DNA of 64,000 nt from Schizochytrium sp. TIO01 (taxonomy: Eukaryota; Protista; Bigyra: Labyrinthulomycetes), in NCBI GenBank assembly GCA_004764695.1, contig SMSO01000032.1:2604001-2668000 (forward strand), given 5' to 3'. Position numbers and translations under genes: made by a program. The notes beneath the pieces were generated by a model that was given only the letters and a program-made list of their open reading frames with translations, ran no database searches and was not told the origin of the DNA. This document shows positions 53,801-64,000 of the stretch, piece after piece; position 1 is the stretch's first letter; each line of letters begins with the position of its first letter.

Positions 53801-56800
53801 AATGACTCCGCGCAGCGCAAAACAGGCGCAGTAGAGCCTCGCACGAAGCGTGGCTGGGCGCAGAAGGCACAACTGCGGGGCTGCCTGAGAGTGGCGCGGC
53901 GTGCTGCTTTGCGAGGAGAGACAGCTAGCTGTGTGCGATGTGCTGCTTGGGTTATGGAATCTAGGTAGCTAGGTAGCTAGATTGTGATCGGCGGTGACGA
54001 AGGCAGGAGCGGGAGGGCGAGAGCACGAGGCAGCACACAGAGGCGAAGGCCAGCAGGCCGCAGCTCGCGCAGCTTGCGCAGCTCGCGCAGCTCGCGCAGC
54101 GTAGCTTAGCGTGTGCAGCTGTGCTGGCGCCTGGGGAAAGAAGTCCACAGCCGGGCTCGAGTCGATGCTGCTAGGAGATGCAGCGGTTAGAACCGCAGTT
54201 CGGGGAAGGCATACGCCTATTTAACCACATACCGCGAAGTCCACAGTGCCGTTCGCAGGCCTGCGATGAAAGACGCGGGCTCCAGCACAGCTCAAGGTGG
54301 TCAGTACCTAGGCATTGACTGCTCGCGAGGAAAGGGAAACAGAGACTCCGAAAGGCTTCTTCAGGGACCAAATAGGTATATAGGTATGTGTGTATGTGTG
54401 TATGTTTGTAGATCATGAAAGAATGATTGACTTTGGGTTGCAACAGGTTTCCTTTTCTTGCTTGCCCTTTCCTTGGTTGGTCAACCTACCTCGAACATAT
54501 ATACATCACAAATATACATACCTCCAACTGCCGGCGAGAGCCGCCGAATACACTACTACTACCTACTAAATTATTCAGGTTGACCTTGCGCGTTTGCTTA
54601 GACATGAATAATGAAGTGAGGTAAAGACCTCCTAAGCATAAGTTATGTAAACTGTCTCTTGCTGAAGAGAAGTGCAGGATATGTAAATGAAATGGCAATT
54701 TATAGAAAATTGTATATTAGTTTAGTTGTTACCATCGATGGAGGCGAAGGCACTTAAGTACCTCCCTACCGCGGAGCTTTCAAGGATTAAAAATATAAAA
54801 GACGTCAATGATAACAGTACACGACAGCAATCTGCACAATTTGCTGTTCCTCTTTCTCTCTGGTGTTTCTAAAGGAGATACGCATGTAATATATTATTGA
54901 CCCCAAAGTAATATGTGGGCTTTGCAGTGTCGATGGTCCTTACTGAGATTTGCTTTTTTGTGCTGTTCGGAGATTCAAGATAGCTTGATCAGTAGCACGA
55001 ATATTTTAGACTTAAATTTCGACATAGTATCTAATGCTCGTCGCCAATAGATGCGCGAGTGGCGCGATGCTTCTGCGATGCTTTCATGTCGCGCAAGCAG
55101 ACTTACACAAAACCATGGTTTTAATTGACCTTTGTCTACAGCTTTGCCTCTGACTTTACCTTTGCTGCAACTAGCCTTATAAGACAATCAGGCAGAGAAG
55201 CATTGTTTATGGGTGTTCTTGAATACGAGTTTTTGAGAAGATAGTCGTATGGATGGCTTGCTTGATGTATTCTTCTCTCTATTTTTTTTGTAAAAAGATC
55301 CCCCCCCCCAAAAAAAAAATGGCAGGGCATTTATTCGACCGTGACAACATTCAACAAATGAAGCTAGAAACCATAGCAATCGACCTCGTCGAGGATATTT
55401 TGGCAGAGAGATGAATCTGGCCAGCTTCGAAGTCGACTATGCAGATGAATGCAAGATGCTGGAGAAACTTTGGCTTTAAGAGTCGACCATTGCTGATTCT
55501 GCAACTCAACGAACTCCAAGATACACTGATCTTTGTTACAGTAAGGAGACTAGGGCAAAAGGTCGATCTCTACTGGATAGAATTGAAGAGGCCAGCGCTG
55601 AGATCTCCAATCGAAGGAACTAGTGGACAAGACATTGCTAGAGTTATTGGCGTCCCTTTGTAGAACCCTCGAAGACATAGGGCTTACAATCGAGCATGTG
55701 TAGGCAGCCAGAGTCATGTGGCTGCCAGAGTCCAAGAATCAAAAGTGTGTCTACACATTACCTAGATTCAAGTATGGTGTAACTTGAATCGATGGATGGG
55801 TAGGTCGAATTAACCTAACCCCATCAGTCATCTCTCACACTGTTCAAGAATGTCTTAGCCGCCTTAATTAGTACATGAATCCATCTGTCCTGGAATTCAT
55901 TACCCGGACAGCAGTTTGCTAACTCTTAAATCAACCTTCTTAAAGCCTTCATCAAGACCCTTGCCTTCATCTTTACAGTCAACCGCAAGCTGTTTAGAAT
56001 CATCTTTCAGCAGTTAGGTTAGCTCATCTCTTTAACCATAAATTTTAATTTCACCAAGCTTCACTATGGCGAATATATACGCCCATCTTCATTTCTCAAC
56101 AATCTTGAGTTCATAACAATCCATCTTGTTGTCTAATTTTGATCGCATGTAAGTGCTATGTTCCTCAGGGCTTATGATCATGATACCTTCTTCGCAAGTC
56201 CCATCCTTCCCAGCAACCTTTTATTAAAGGTTTTCTTCCGCGTTGCAACCAAACATACTAGACTCTAGGTACAATCTCATGACCTCTTCAATCAAACTCT
56301 AGGGCTGTGTCCAAGGTTCGTAAAGCTACAACACTTCAGCTTCAATCATAAGTAAAAATGAGATTTGCAAATATGAATCCAATACTATTTGCTATTTATT
56401 TTGTGGGTCGCAATGATACTATAAATAACACAATTTCGTTAGAAGTTTAAACCAGGGAAACATGCAATTAAGCCAACACCCAAGCTGCGCGCGCACATAG
56501 CCCTTTAAAAAAAGAAGAAAAGAAAACTGCTGTTGAAGACTTATTGAAGGTGTGGAAACAGATACTTTTGCGTTAGAATTTAGAAACAAAAAAATCCGTA
56601 CATCTGTATTCGCATTTAATGGGCACCTTTAAAAGAAGAGAAAATCAGAGTGAAAATGTCATCTCTTAAGCAGCTTGCAAGCTTGGATTCCGAAGCTTCT
56701 CCAACTTCTGTGGGCTTTCAATATGCTCATGAATATATTCTAATAAAATCACAAGTTATCTCTGCAGATTGTGTGAAGTTAGAACAGGTGGATCTTTACT

Positions 56801-59596
56801 TTAGTTCAGACCCAATATGCATACATATATTTTGATCATATCTGTGCAAATTGTAAACAGCTTCATGAGCGAACTCTCAGGTCCAAGGCAATGATTTGTA
56901 GTATTTTGGTGAGCGAGCGTCGGGTGCCTTCGGACCTTTCCTTCATGTACAACAGTTCTTGCAACTAACCCCTAATGGGCACTAGGCGTACATAGGACGA
57001 CCGCCGAAGTCCTATAGTTTCTCAAAATAACAGTCACAAGAAAGTAAATAGGTCATTGATTTGATGAAAAAAATCATCGTTCTGAAGCTTAGAGATCACC
57101 TGTTTCAGATCACTTTCCCAGTAGTCGCTGCGTGTAATTACCTTGTCCTTTCATTTCTTTGCTCTGCTGAAATAGAATGTTCTTGCAAGCCTATTTCTGG
57201 AGTTGTCAAGAAATCTTGCAAAAGGCTGACTTCTGAGTGTACGAAAGAATCTCGACAAAAAGCTTAATTCAGGGTTGCTGAAGAACATGTGGAATTCCAG
57301 GAAATCGCACTTTCAAGGAGAGCTTGGAATTCGAAACGCCATAACTGACAATCAACAAGACTTCAGACTAGCGCATAGAAGGAAGATATAACGAATGGAA
57401 ACTGCGAGCGACTTTAGGGATTGACTGTCATGGAAACTAACAATTGTGCTATATTACGTGCTCGTTCGCGCAGAGTCGAAGCGTTGGAATTACTACTGTG
57501 GCACTTACTGTGGTCACTGCTGGAGGATTTACTGCGGATTCCCATCATTCAAGCTGACAGAGTAGAGTGCATCTTTTGCAGTTTGCTAGTTTGCTATTTG
57601 CTTGCATCTGTTTAGCCTGCTTGATTGTATACTTTCTTTGAGGCTGAGGTTGTGCTCGACTCTGGGTACACACCGACCCAGCTGGCCAAATAGCACCTTC
57701 TTCCTACTTGCTGCTGACAAGTACGAACGAGCGCAACTCTCAATGAGTTTCAACCACCCATTTTTAACCCCTCTGCGTGGCAACCATTGAATGGTTGATT
57801 ACCGAAGACATGGCTGAGCGTTGGCAAGTGCAGGACACTGCAAACTCGCGAGAGCTGATGATTTGTGGATCAACTTGTGGGGATCGGTTTGTAACATGTT
57901 ATGAGGAATTCCCTCGCTCGTTCGTCCGCTCACTCACTCGCCCGAGGCTACGGCGGCTGATGAGGCTTGGTAGCAAGTGCTTGGGCGCGTGGATCGTCTC
58001 TGCTAGTCATCGACATCATTGCAGCCACCATTGTGGATTGCACTACTATATCTACTACATGAGGAAACCTCCCACAAGTGCTACGAAGATTCTGCTCTTC
58101 AAGGCGAATGAACTACAGCCTCCAAACCGCGCCAAATGTTGAAATAACGGGTCAATGGTTGGGCCATAGAGATCGGCTTCGGAGTCGGTGTGGATTCAAG
58201 GTTGGACGCAAATATACGCACGTGGGGAAATCTTAAATTTCCTGCCAAAGCACCATCAATCGCTATTGAATTCAAGTCAAAAAACGTTTTCTGTGCGTAC
58301 CACCTGCAAGTTGACAAATTGCCACTGTGCACAAATTCCTTTGATTGGCAAAGAATAAGCAAAACTGAGAAACCATACTCGCTCCTGTGCTTGAATATAT
58401 ACTCTAAGCGCTTTGCTCAAGAAAGAATTGCATTTAGTTCTGGAATACATAAACGAAGGCATATATTGCAACATTGGTCACATCTAGAAAAGGGGATTCA
58501 GAATGTATGAGCATTGCCTTTCATTGCTCGCAGATCTTCGAGATGCACAAGCAGCATCGATTAATTTTTCCTTCGAAAGAGGAAATCGGCGAATGCGTTG
58601 ATCCAATTTACGTGTAAATTCGAGATGTCTTGGTAGTTTATCTCATGGCATATGTTGATCAAATCAAGGCAACGCAGCTTTCTTGGATCATTATTCCAAT
58701 GAATAGGATTTCCTAAAAGAGTTACTTAGGGAGAGAGTAATTCAAACTGCCGCATCTCAGTTGCTTTATTTATAATCATTTTCTCCTTGTCATCAACGTT
58801 GTGACTAAGTACCAGAAATTCTTCACTTTAGTCGAGCGATATCATTGAAAATTGGGGCTGTGTGACGATGTTTAAAATTGTTTTCTCACTATCTCCAGCT
58901 CGTTTAGGGTTTTGCGAACAAGAAAGAAGAAAGTAGGGAATATATGTAGCACATTCGAATGCCAGAAAATGTATCTTGGGGTCTTCACAACTTGTCCGTT
59001 CTCCTTGAAACAAAATTTTGCAGACGGAAGCTGCATACATACCTACTTACGACGGGCGTTACTCAATATCTAAAATACAACTCTGCACAAGGCAGCTGCA
59101 AGGCTGAGACAATCTACATTCACGCAGAAATTTATATTGTAGCATCGGAATAAAAAAATGAGCGCAAAATGCAATGGCTTCAAGTCATCATTGTTGTCAT
59201 GCGCGCTTAATTTATTCGATTAGACCCTTCCCAAGTCACTACTGTTACCTACCTAAATAGTAGCCACATAGACATGGCTAAAGGAGACTTTGAAGAACGG
59301 AACAGAGAACACGTCTTTGCTAGAAGTCACTAGAAACACAATAGAAGCTTATATATTAAACAAGACTGCGGAAAAAGCTGCGAAAAAGAGACAGCAGCAA
59401 ACCTGCAGTTCACAAGCTCTGAGGCTCATTCTCGACGCGGGGGTTCGTCTGAAAGAGGTCCTTCTTGCGCAGAGGACGCCAGAGGGAAACTATAGAAGCC
59501 CATAACGGCGTCCTAAATCAGCGTGGTCTTTAGGCTTTCTGCACTTGGAGCTAGATCGGCTGGGGAACTTTCTCTCACTAATCACGTCGGCAACCT

Positions 59597-59640
59597 CTTC
59601 TTCTTCTTCTTCTTCTTCTTCTTCTTCTTCTTCTTCTTCT
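59597..59640. repeat. (TTC)n microsatellite upstream of PHAF1
   Basis: About 14 units visible. Confidence 0.95.
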
Positions 59641-59812
59641 TTTGTTTGCTCTTTTTATCTTTCTTCATCTGAGCAATACCGTATTTGTCGCGTTGGGCAT
59701 TTTAATACAACTTCATAGCTGGTTTGGGAACTAAACTGGCAGACAGGAAGCGTGATTGAGTCTCGGATCTTATTAGCAAGCGCCACAAGGTCGAAATAAC
59801 GATATCAAAACC

Positions 59813-61366
59813 ATGGAAATCGTTCCAGGAGAGCGTGTGGGCAGTTTTGTGTTGGGCATGGGTGTCAATGACGCTCTAACGCTCCTTCGGCAACAATTTG
59901 TCCCCCAAAGACCTCGTGTTCGCGTGGTGTATGCCCCAAAGCACCCACTTGAAAAGGATATCGTTCTTCGTGTGGAGGATTTAGGAATGCAACTGCGTTT
60001 CGAGCCGACTACTCAGCGGCTTGTAATGATTGATATCTTTGATATTACGAAACTCGGCCTTTCCTACGCTGGGACTCACTTTGGTGCTCATGACGTAACT
60101 AGATCCAAGTTTCTGAATCTATATAAGGTTTTTGGGCCTACATACCCCGGCACTCTGGAACGGAACCTGGGTCTCTATTTCCTACGATACGTAGGCATCT
60201 GCCTCATGTTTCCCATCCCGATGCAGTTTCAACACCTTTTCCACAACGAGTCCAAAGACCTGCCCCTCGAACTCCCTGACGGCAGTTCACCACCTGTACA
60301 AAGACTCATGATTTTCTCTGGAAATGATGAACGTTCGCCAGATCTTGTTACGAAGCCTCGCGGAACTGACATTCCAGTATTGCGCCCGGAGATTACTCTC
60401 ACCACGCTCTCTTCAGTGTATCTCGAGGAAGTTCGTTTTCGAATTGGGGACCCAGCACAAGGTGCCCCGACGCAAATTCTCTTTCCACAGCGCAGCCGGA
60501 AATTAGAGATAGGATCCTCTGTTCAAGATGTCATTTATGAGCTCGGTGAGCCCTCGCGTGTTTATTTTAAACAAGATAAGCGAATGCAAATCCACGCCAT
60601 CGAAGATGCATCATCCTCGAAGCTGGCGTCCCCTTTATCAGCAAATCCAGCAACCAGCTCAGGTTCAGGTGTACAAAAGGATAGTGCAGCGAAGGACTCT
60701 TCAACTGGAAAATCGAAAAAGTCAAAGCGGGGTAAAGGCGAAGCGGCTACCTCTAAGCCTGCCGGTCCGGACGACTCTGCTCGACGTGCGCAGACATCAG
60801 TTGCGAATGGAAAAGCTGAGCGCTCACTTTCATCCGAATCGTCATCTACAGACGAGCGCAACTCAAACTACCGCCCAGAATCGCCTAGCCTCTCAGGTGC
60901 GTCTGCTACTGCCGCACGAATGCAGCGTGATGCTGAGGCTTGCTTTGAGCCCAAGGACTACTTTTACAACTACTTTGACTTGGGAATTGACATACTCATC
61001 GATGGGAAAACTCACCTGGTGCGTAAGGTTATCGCCCATACAAATTTCCCAGGCCATGTAGGCTTTTCTCAGTACAACAAATGTGACTTTAGGGTTATTT
61101 ACAGCAGAAGTAAGCAGCAGCAGCAGCAGCAGCAGGCTCAGCAACAACAACAACAATCTCGCGCAGGCAAACGAGAGGACGTCATTGTGACGCCGGACAT
61201 GCGCTTTGCTGATATTCAGACCTTGCTCGGGCCCTGCGGTCGTCCAATGATCCATGATAGTGGGGTAGCAGCTAATCCTTTTGGAGCGTCCTACCTGTAT
61301 GCTTATCCGGGGTGTGTTTTTGAAGTCATGCGAAGTGGTTATGTGGCTGCTATCACCATTTTTTAG
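59813..61366 (+). CDS. PHAF1: PHAF1 / UPF0183 (C16orf70-like) protein
   Basis: VPG..VG.F.LGM, LRFEP..QRL..I, FGPTYPG, DYFYNYF.LGIDIL.DG..H.V.K...HTNFPGH..F..Y.KC.F, NPFG....Y.YPG.VFEVM. Confidence 0.92.
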   Translation: MEIVPGERVGSFVLGMGVNDALTLLRQQFVPQRPRVRVVYAPKHPLEKDIVLRVEDLGMQLRFEPTTQRLVMIDIFDITKLGLSYAGTHFGAHDVTRSKFLNLYKVFGPTYPGTLERNLGLYFLRYVGICLMFPIPMQFQHLFHNESKDLPLELPDGSSPPVQRLMIFSGNDERSPDLVTKPRGTDIPVLRPEITLTTLSSVYLEEVRFRIGDPAQGAPTQILFPQRSRKLEIGSSVQDVIYELGEPSRVYFKQDKRMQIHAIEDASSSKLASPLSANPATSSGSGVQKDSAAKDSSTGKSKKSKRGKGEAATSKPAGPDDSARRAQTSVANGKAERSLSSESSSTDERNSNYRPESPSLSGASATAARMQRDAEACFEPKDYFYNYFDLGIDILIDGKTHLVRKVIAHTNFPGHVGFSQYNKCDFRVIYSRSKQQQQQQQAQQQQQQSRAGKREDVIVTPDMRFADIQTLLGPCGRPMIHDSGVAANPFGASYLYAYPGCVFEVMRSGYVAAITIF

Positions 61367-62368
61367 AGTCCGTGGCTACATCTTCTTTTTGTATAAAGCT
61401 GTGAGAGGCTCAGATTCTCTCAACCTCAAATTTTCTTTCAATTGAAAGTTTTCAGATAGTTCTTTTCAGGGTCAACACCTATATCTTTTCAAATGTTACA
61501 GCGACCCCACTCGGTTCAGCTGTCATTTTGCATTAAATGCTTGTATATATTCTCTTGTAAAAAGTAAACATTCTGTATATATTGGTAGACAAAAGGAATT
61601 GGATCCTTCCTATGTGTAAGCAACAACGATTGATTTCAATCAGAGGACTACTCTCCGCCTCATTAAACTTCATCTGACTTGTACTTCGTACTCTCTTTCT
61701 TTTCTTTTCTCTTTCATACATGGCTCAAAAATGAATCATTCCAAAACAACTCGATCCTAGTAACCAAACAACCTTTTGTCTATTAGCTCTTCTTAATCGC
61801 TGACACAAGTTTTCCTCTTGCTCCAACCCTTCTCTTTAAAACGAAAAATTGGAAACATGAATATCATTGAACTTTGTATTTGAATGTAAGTATTTTAGAT
61901 CCGTGGGTAAACTAGAGAAATCGCCGTGTTGCTCACCCACAGGTGCTAGCTAAATTCTGCTTGGCCTCAAACTCTCTCTTTCTCCACAGGTATCTACCTC
62001 CACTGTCGCATCTTATTTCCCAAGATCATTTGCATATACAGCAAGAGAGTCCCCCGTCATGAATCCGTTGGAGGTGTGTACTCCTACGAGGATATAGAAG
62101 TAAGGCTAGAACTACTTACGTAGAACTCTCAAACCTACGGATGCGGCTCATTCCTGACATACGCTTGGAGTTGCGTGAGCGTTAATGAAGAAGTTTGTAC
62201 ACATTTCCGGAGTAAAGACTTCTTGTGACTAGCGTGCGACGAGCCTTGATACCTTGGTACACGCGGAGGTCGCAGGTAGCGGTTGCCGGGTGGCTTGGCC
62301 AAGCGCACGGCTAACGCACAGACCAACTTAAAGAACCCAGTGGATAAGAAAATTGCACAGAGCGGAAG

Positions 62369-64000
62369 ATGGTGAGCATGCTATCTCCGGGCAAAAGGCG
62401 TCGCTCACGGCGCGCTGTAGCTGCCACACCAGGTCCTGATAAGCACGAAAGTTTGAAGAATAAATCATCCTCAAGCACGTCATCGACATCGGACGAAAAG
62501 GCTGATACTGCTTCATTTGCGAAAACAAGTGCCCAGGATGGGAAACAGGGCACCAAGAACACGCAGAAAAGCAAAGCTAGAGAACCTGACGAAACGAAAC
62601 AAGAGATTTACTCGCCAACCTCTGAAGCAACTGAGATATGTTTTCATGAGGATGATGAAGAGGAGAATGATGAGGAGGATTCCACAAATGTTGAGTCATC
62701 CGGTGGCGATGCCGTGCTTGAGACATTAGAGCGAAAGAAAGACATTTTTGACCAGCTATGGAAAGGTATTGCGGAATTACAGAATGGTGAAGGTCAGTCA
62801 GCAAATGCTTGGAAAGAAAAACTACGTGAACTCAGCGAGGCTAAGAAGAGGATAACCACATTAAAACACGATAATGAGGCTCTTCGAAAAGATAAATCTG
62901 CGCTCGGTGCCGAGCGAGATCGTTTAGTATCTGAGACATCGCATCGGGAGAAGCAGAACACTCGTCTCACACTAGAGTTGTCAGAGCACCGTGAATCTGC
63001 TCAACGTATTATCCGCGAGCTTGAAGAGTCGCGAAAATCTGTACAGGCTCAATACAAGGATCTTAAGAACGAAGAAGAGACATTAAGACTGATTGCTGAA
63101 AAGAGAGCAGCTGACCTAAAAGAAACGAAGCGGCAAGCTGAGCTGCTCGGTTCAGAACTCAAAGACAGGGAGACACAATTAGCAGCCCTTGAGCCTGCAC
63201 GTATTAAACTTGAGGAGAAGGTAGCTCTGTTGCAAACACAGATCGAAACGCAACAAAAGAGTCACGAAGAAACTACGTCGCATCTGGCAGAATTGAGTCA
63301 AGAAAATTGGAGCCTGAAAGATAAAATTAAAAGCTTAGAAAATGATATTGAGAGCTCTCAAAAGGAGGTCGAGGAAACCAAAGCGTCATTGACTACAATA
63401 AAATCTGAGCATGATGAGACTCTGCAAGCTTTGCAAACTTCGCATGACGATCTTGCCGGGAAACTTAAGCGAACAGAGGAAAGAGCAGCAGAGTCACGTG
63501 AAGCTGCCGAGGAACACCAGAAGAAATTAGCAGAGCATGTCAAAACCTTGCAAGAACAACTTGGTTCAGCACAGGTTGAGTCCCAAGCTGCTCGCGCCCA
63601 ACTTCAAACAGTAGAGGCATCGATCCGTTCAACTAAAGATGATTGCGATTCGCAACTAGAGAAGATGCGCAACGCAATGCGACAAGTTCAAGACAAACAC
63701 TTGCAAGATGTAATTCGCTTCGACGATCAAAGAAAGAAACTAGAGGCTCAACTTGTTACAGAAGAAGCCCGCGTGGAGGAGCTGAACAAAGACTTCAAGA
63801 CAGCTAAAGAAGCGCTTGCTGCCGTGGAAGCATTGCGAGCAAGCGATCTGAAAGAGAGAGAAACATGGACTGCTGGAGTAGAAAAGGAATATGAAGCCAA
63901 GGTCACGGCTCTACTTGCTGAACACGCTACAGAAATTAACGATCTCAAAACTAAACTTGCCGAAGCCAAGGCGGCGATTCGAAACGAAGCACGCGAAGCC
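62369..64000 (+). CDS. Long coiled-coil protein, 5' part, truncated by the window end
   Basis: Read manually from ATG 62369 (MVSMLSPGKRRRSRR, NLS-like) through an acidic linker into continuous E/K/L/Q heptads with no stop seen. It is absent from the ORF track because no stop lies in the window. Confidence 0.85.
   Translation, partial: MVSMLSPGKRRRSRRAVAATPGPDKHESLKNKSSSSTSSTSDEKADTASFAKTSAQDGKQGTKNTQKSKAREPDETKQEIYSPTSEATEICFHEDDEEENDEEDSTNVESSGGDAVLETLERKKDIFDQLWKGIAELQNGEGQSANAWKEKLRELSEAKKRITTLKHDNEALRKDKSALGAERDRLVSETSHREKQNTRLTLELSEHRESAQRIIRELEESRKSVQAQYKDLKNEEETLRLIAEKRAADLKETKRQAELLGSELKDRETQLAALEPARIKLEEKVALLQTQIETQQKSHEETTSHLAELSQENWSLKDKIKSLENDIESSQKEVEETKASLTTIKSEHDETLQALQTSHDDLAGKLKRTEERAAESREAAEEHQKKLAEHVKTLQEQLGSAQVESQAARAQLQTVEASIRSTKDDCDSQLEKMRNAMRQVQDKHLQDVIRFDDQRKKLEAQLVTEEARVEELNKDFKTAKEALAAVEALRASDLKERETWTAGVEKEYEAKVTALLAEHATEINDLKTKLAEAKAAIRNEAREA

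Noticed and set aside
56400-59500. Short ORFs as a possible retrotransposon or endogenous virus
   Set aside because: No RT, integrase, transposase or capsid motifs, and no terminal repeats seen.

Overview
Eukaryotic nuclear DNA, not prokaryotic. It shows GT-AG introns with CTRAC branch motifs, long tetranucleotide microsatellites, AT-rich intergenic gaps and mostly single-exon genes. Compact genes, strongly C-ending codons in housekeeping genes and the gene content fit a heterotrophic stramenopile such as a thraustochytrid (Aurantiochytrium/Schizochytrium-like); this is an inference. About 18 protein-coding genes: a coiled-coil protein, RPUSD1-type pseudouridine synthase, TTLL3/8-like tubulin ligase with IQ repeats, multi-repeat MYB, bacterial-like VOC/glyoxalase, RPB5, a long putative mitochondrial gene broken by two -1 frame breaks, a PH/coiled-coil/STARS(ABRA)-type protein, threonine synthase, cathepsin H, GT49 glycosyltransferase, LYR protein, MAM33/p32, a myristoylated EF-hand protein, a CCaMK-like kinase, a double-AP2 transcription factor, PHAF1/UPF0183, and a coiled-coil gene running off the right end. 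No rRNA, tRNA, CRISPR or intact mobile element was recognised. Best leads: (1) an animal-muscle-type STARS/ABRA module fused to a PH domain; (2) a CCaMK/DMI3-like kinase that lacks EF hands, has an apparently split PH domain, and lies tail-to-tail with a myristoylated EF-hand gene whose promoter has a perfect E2F palindrome; (3) the doubly frameshifted gene; (4) a recurrent CTAG/TAGGTA palindromic intergenic element. Family assignments come from remembered motifs; no searches were run.
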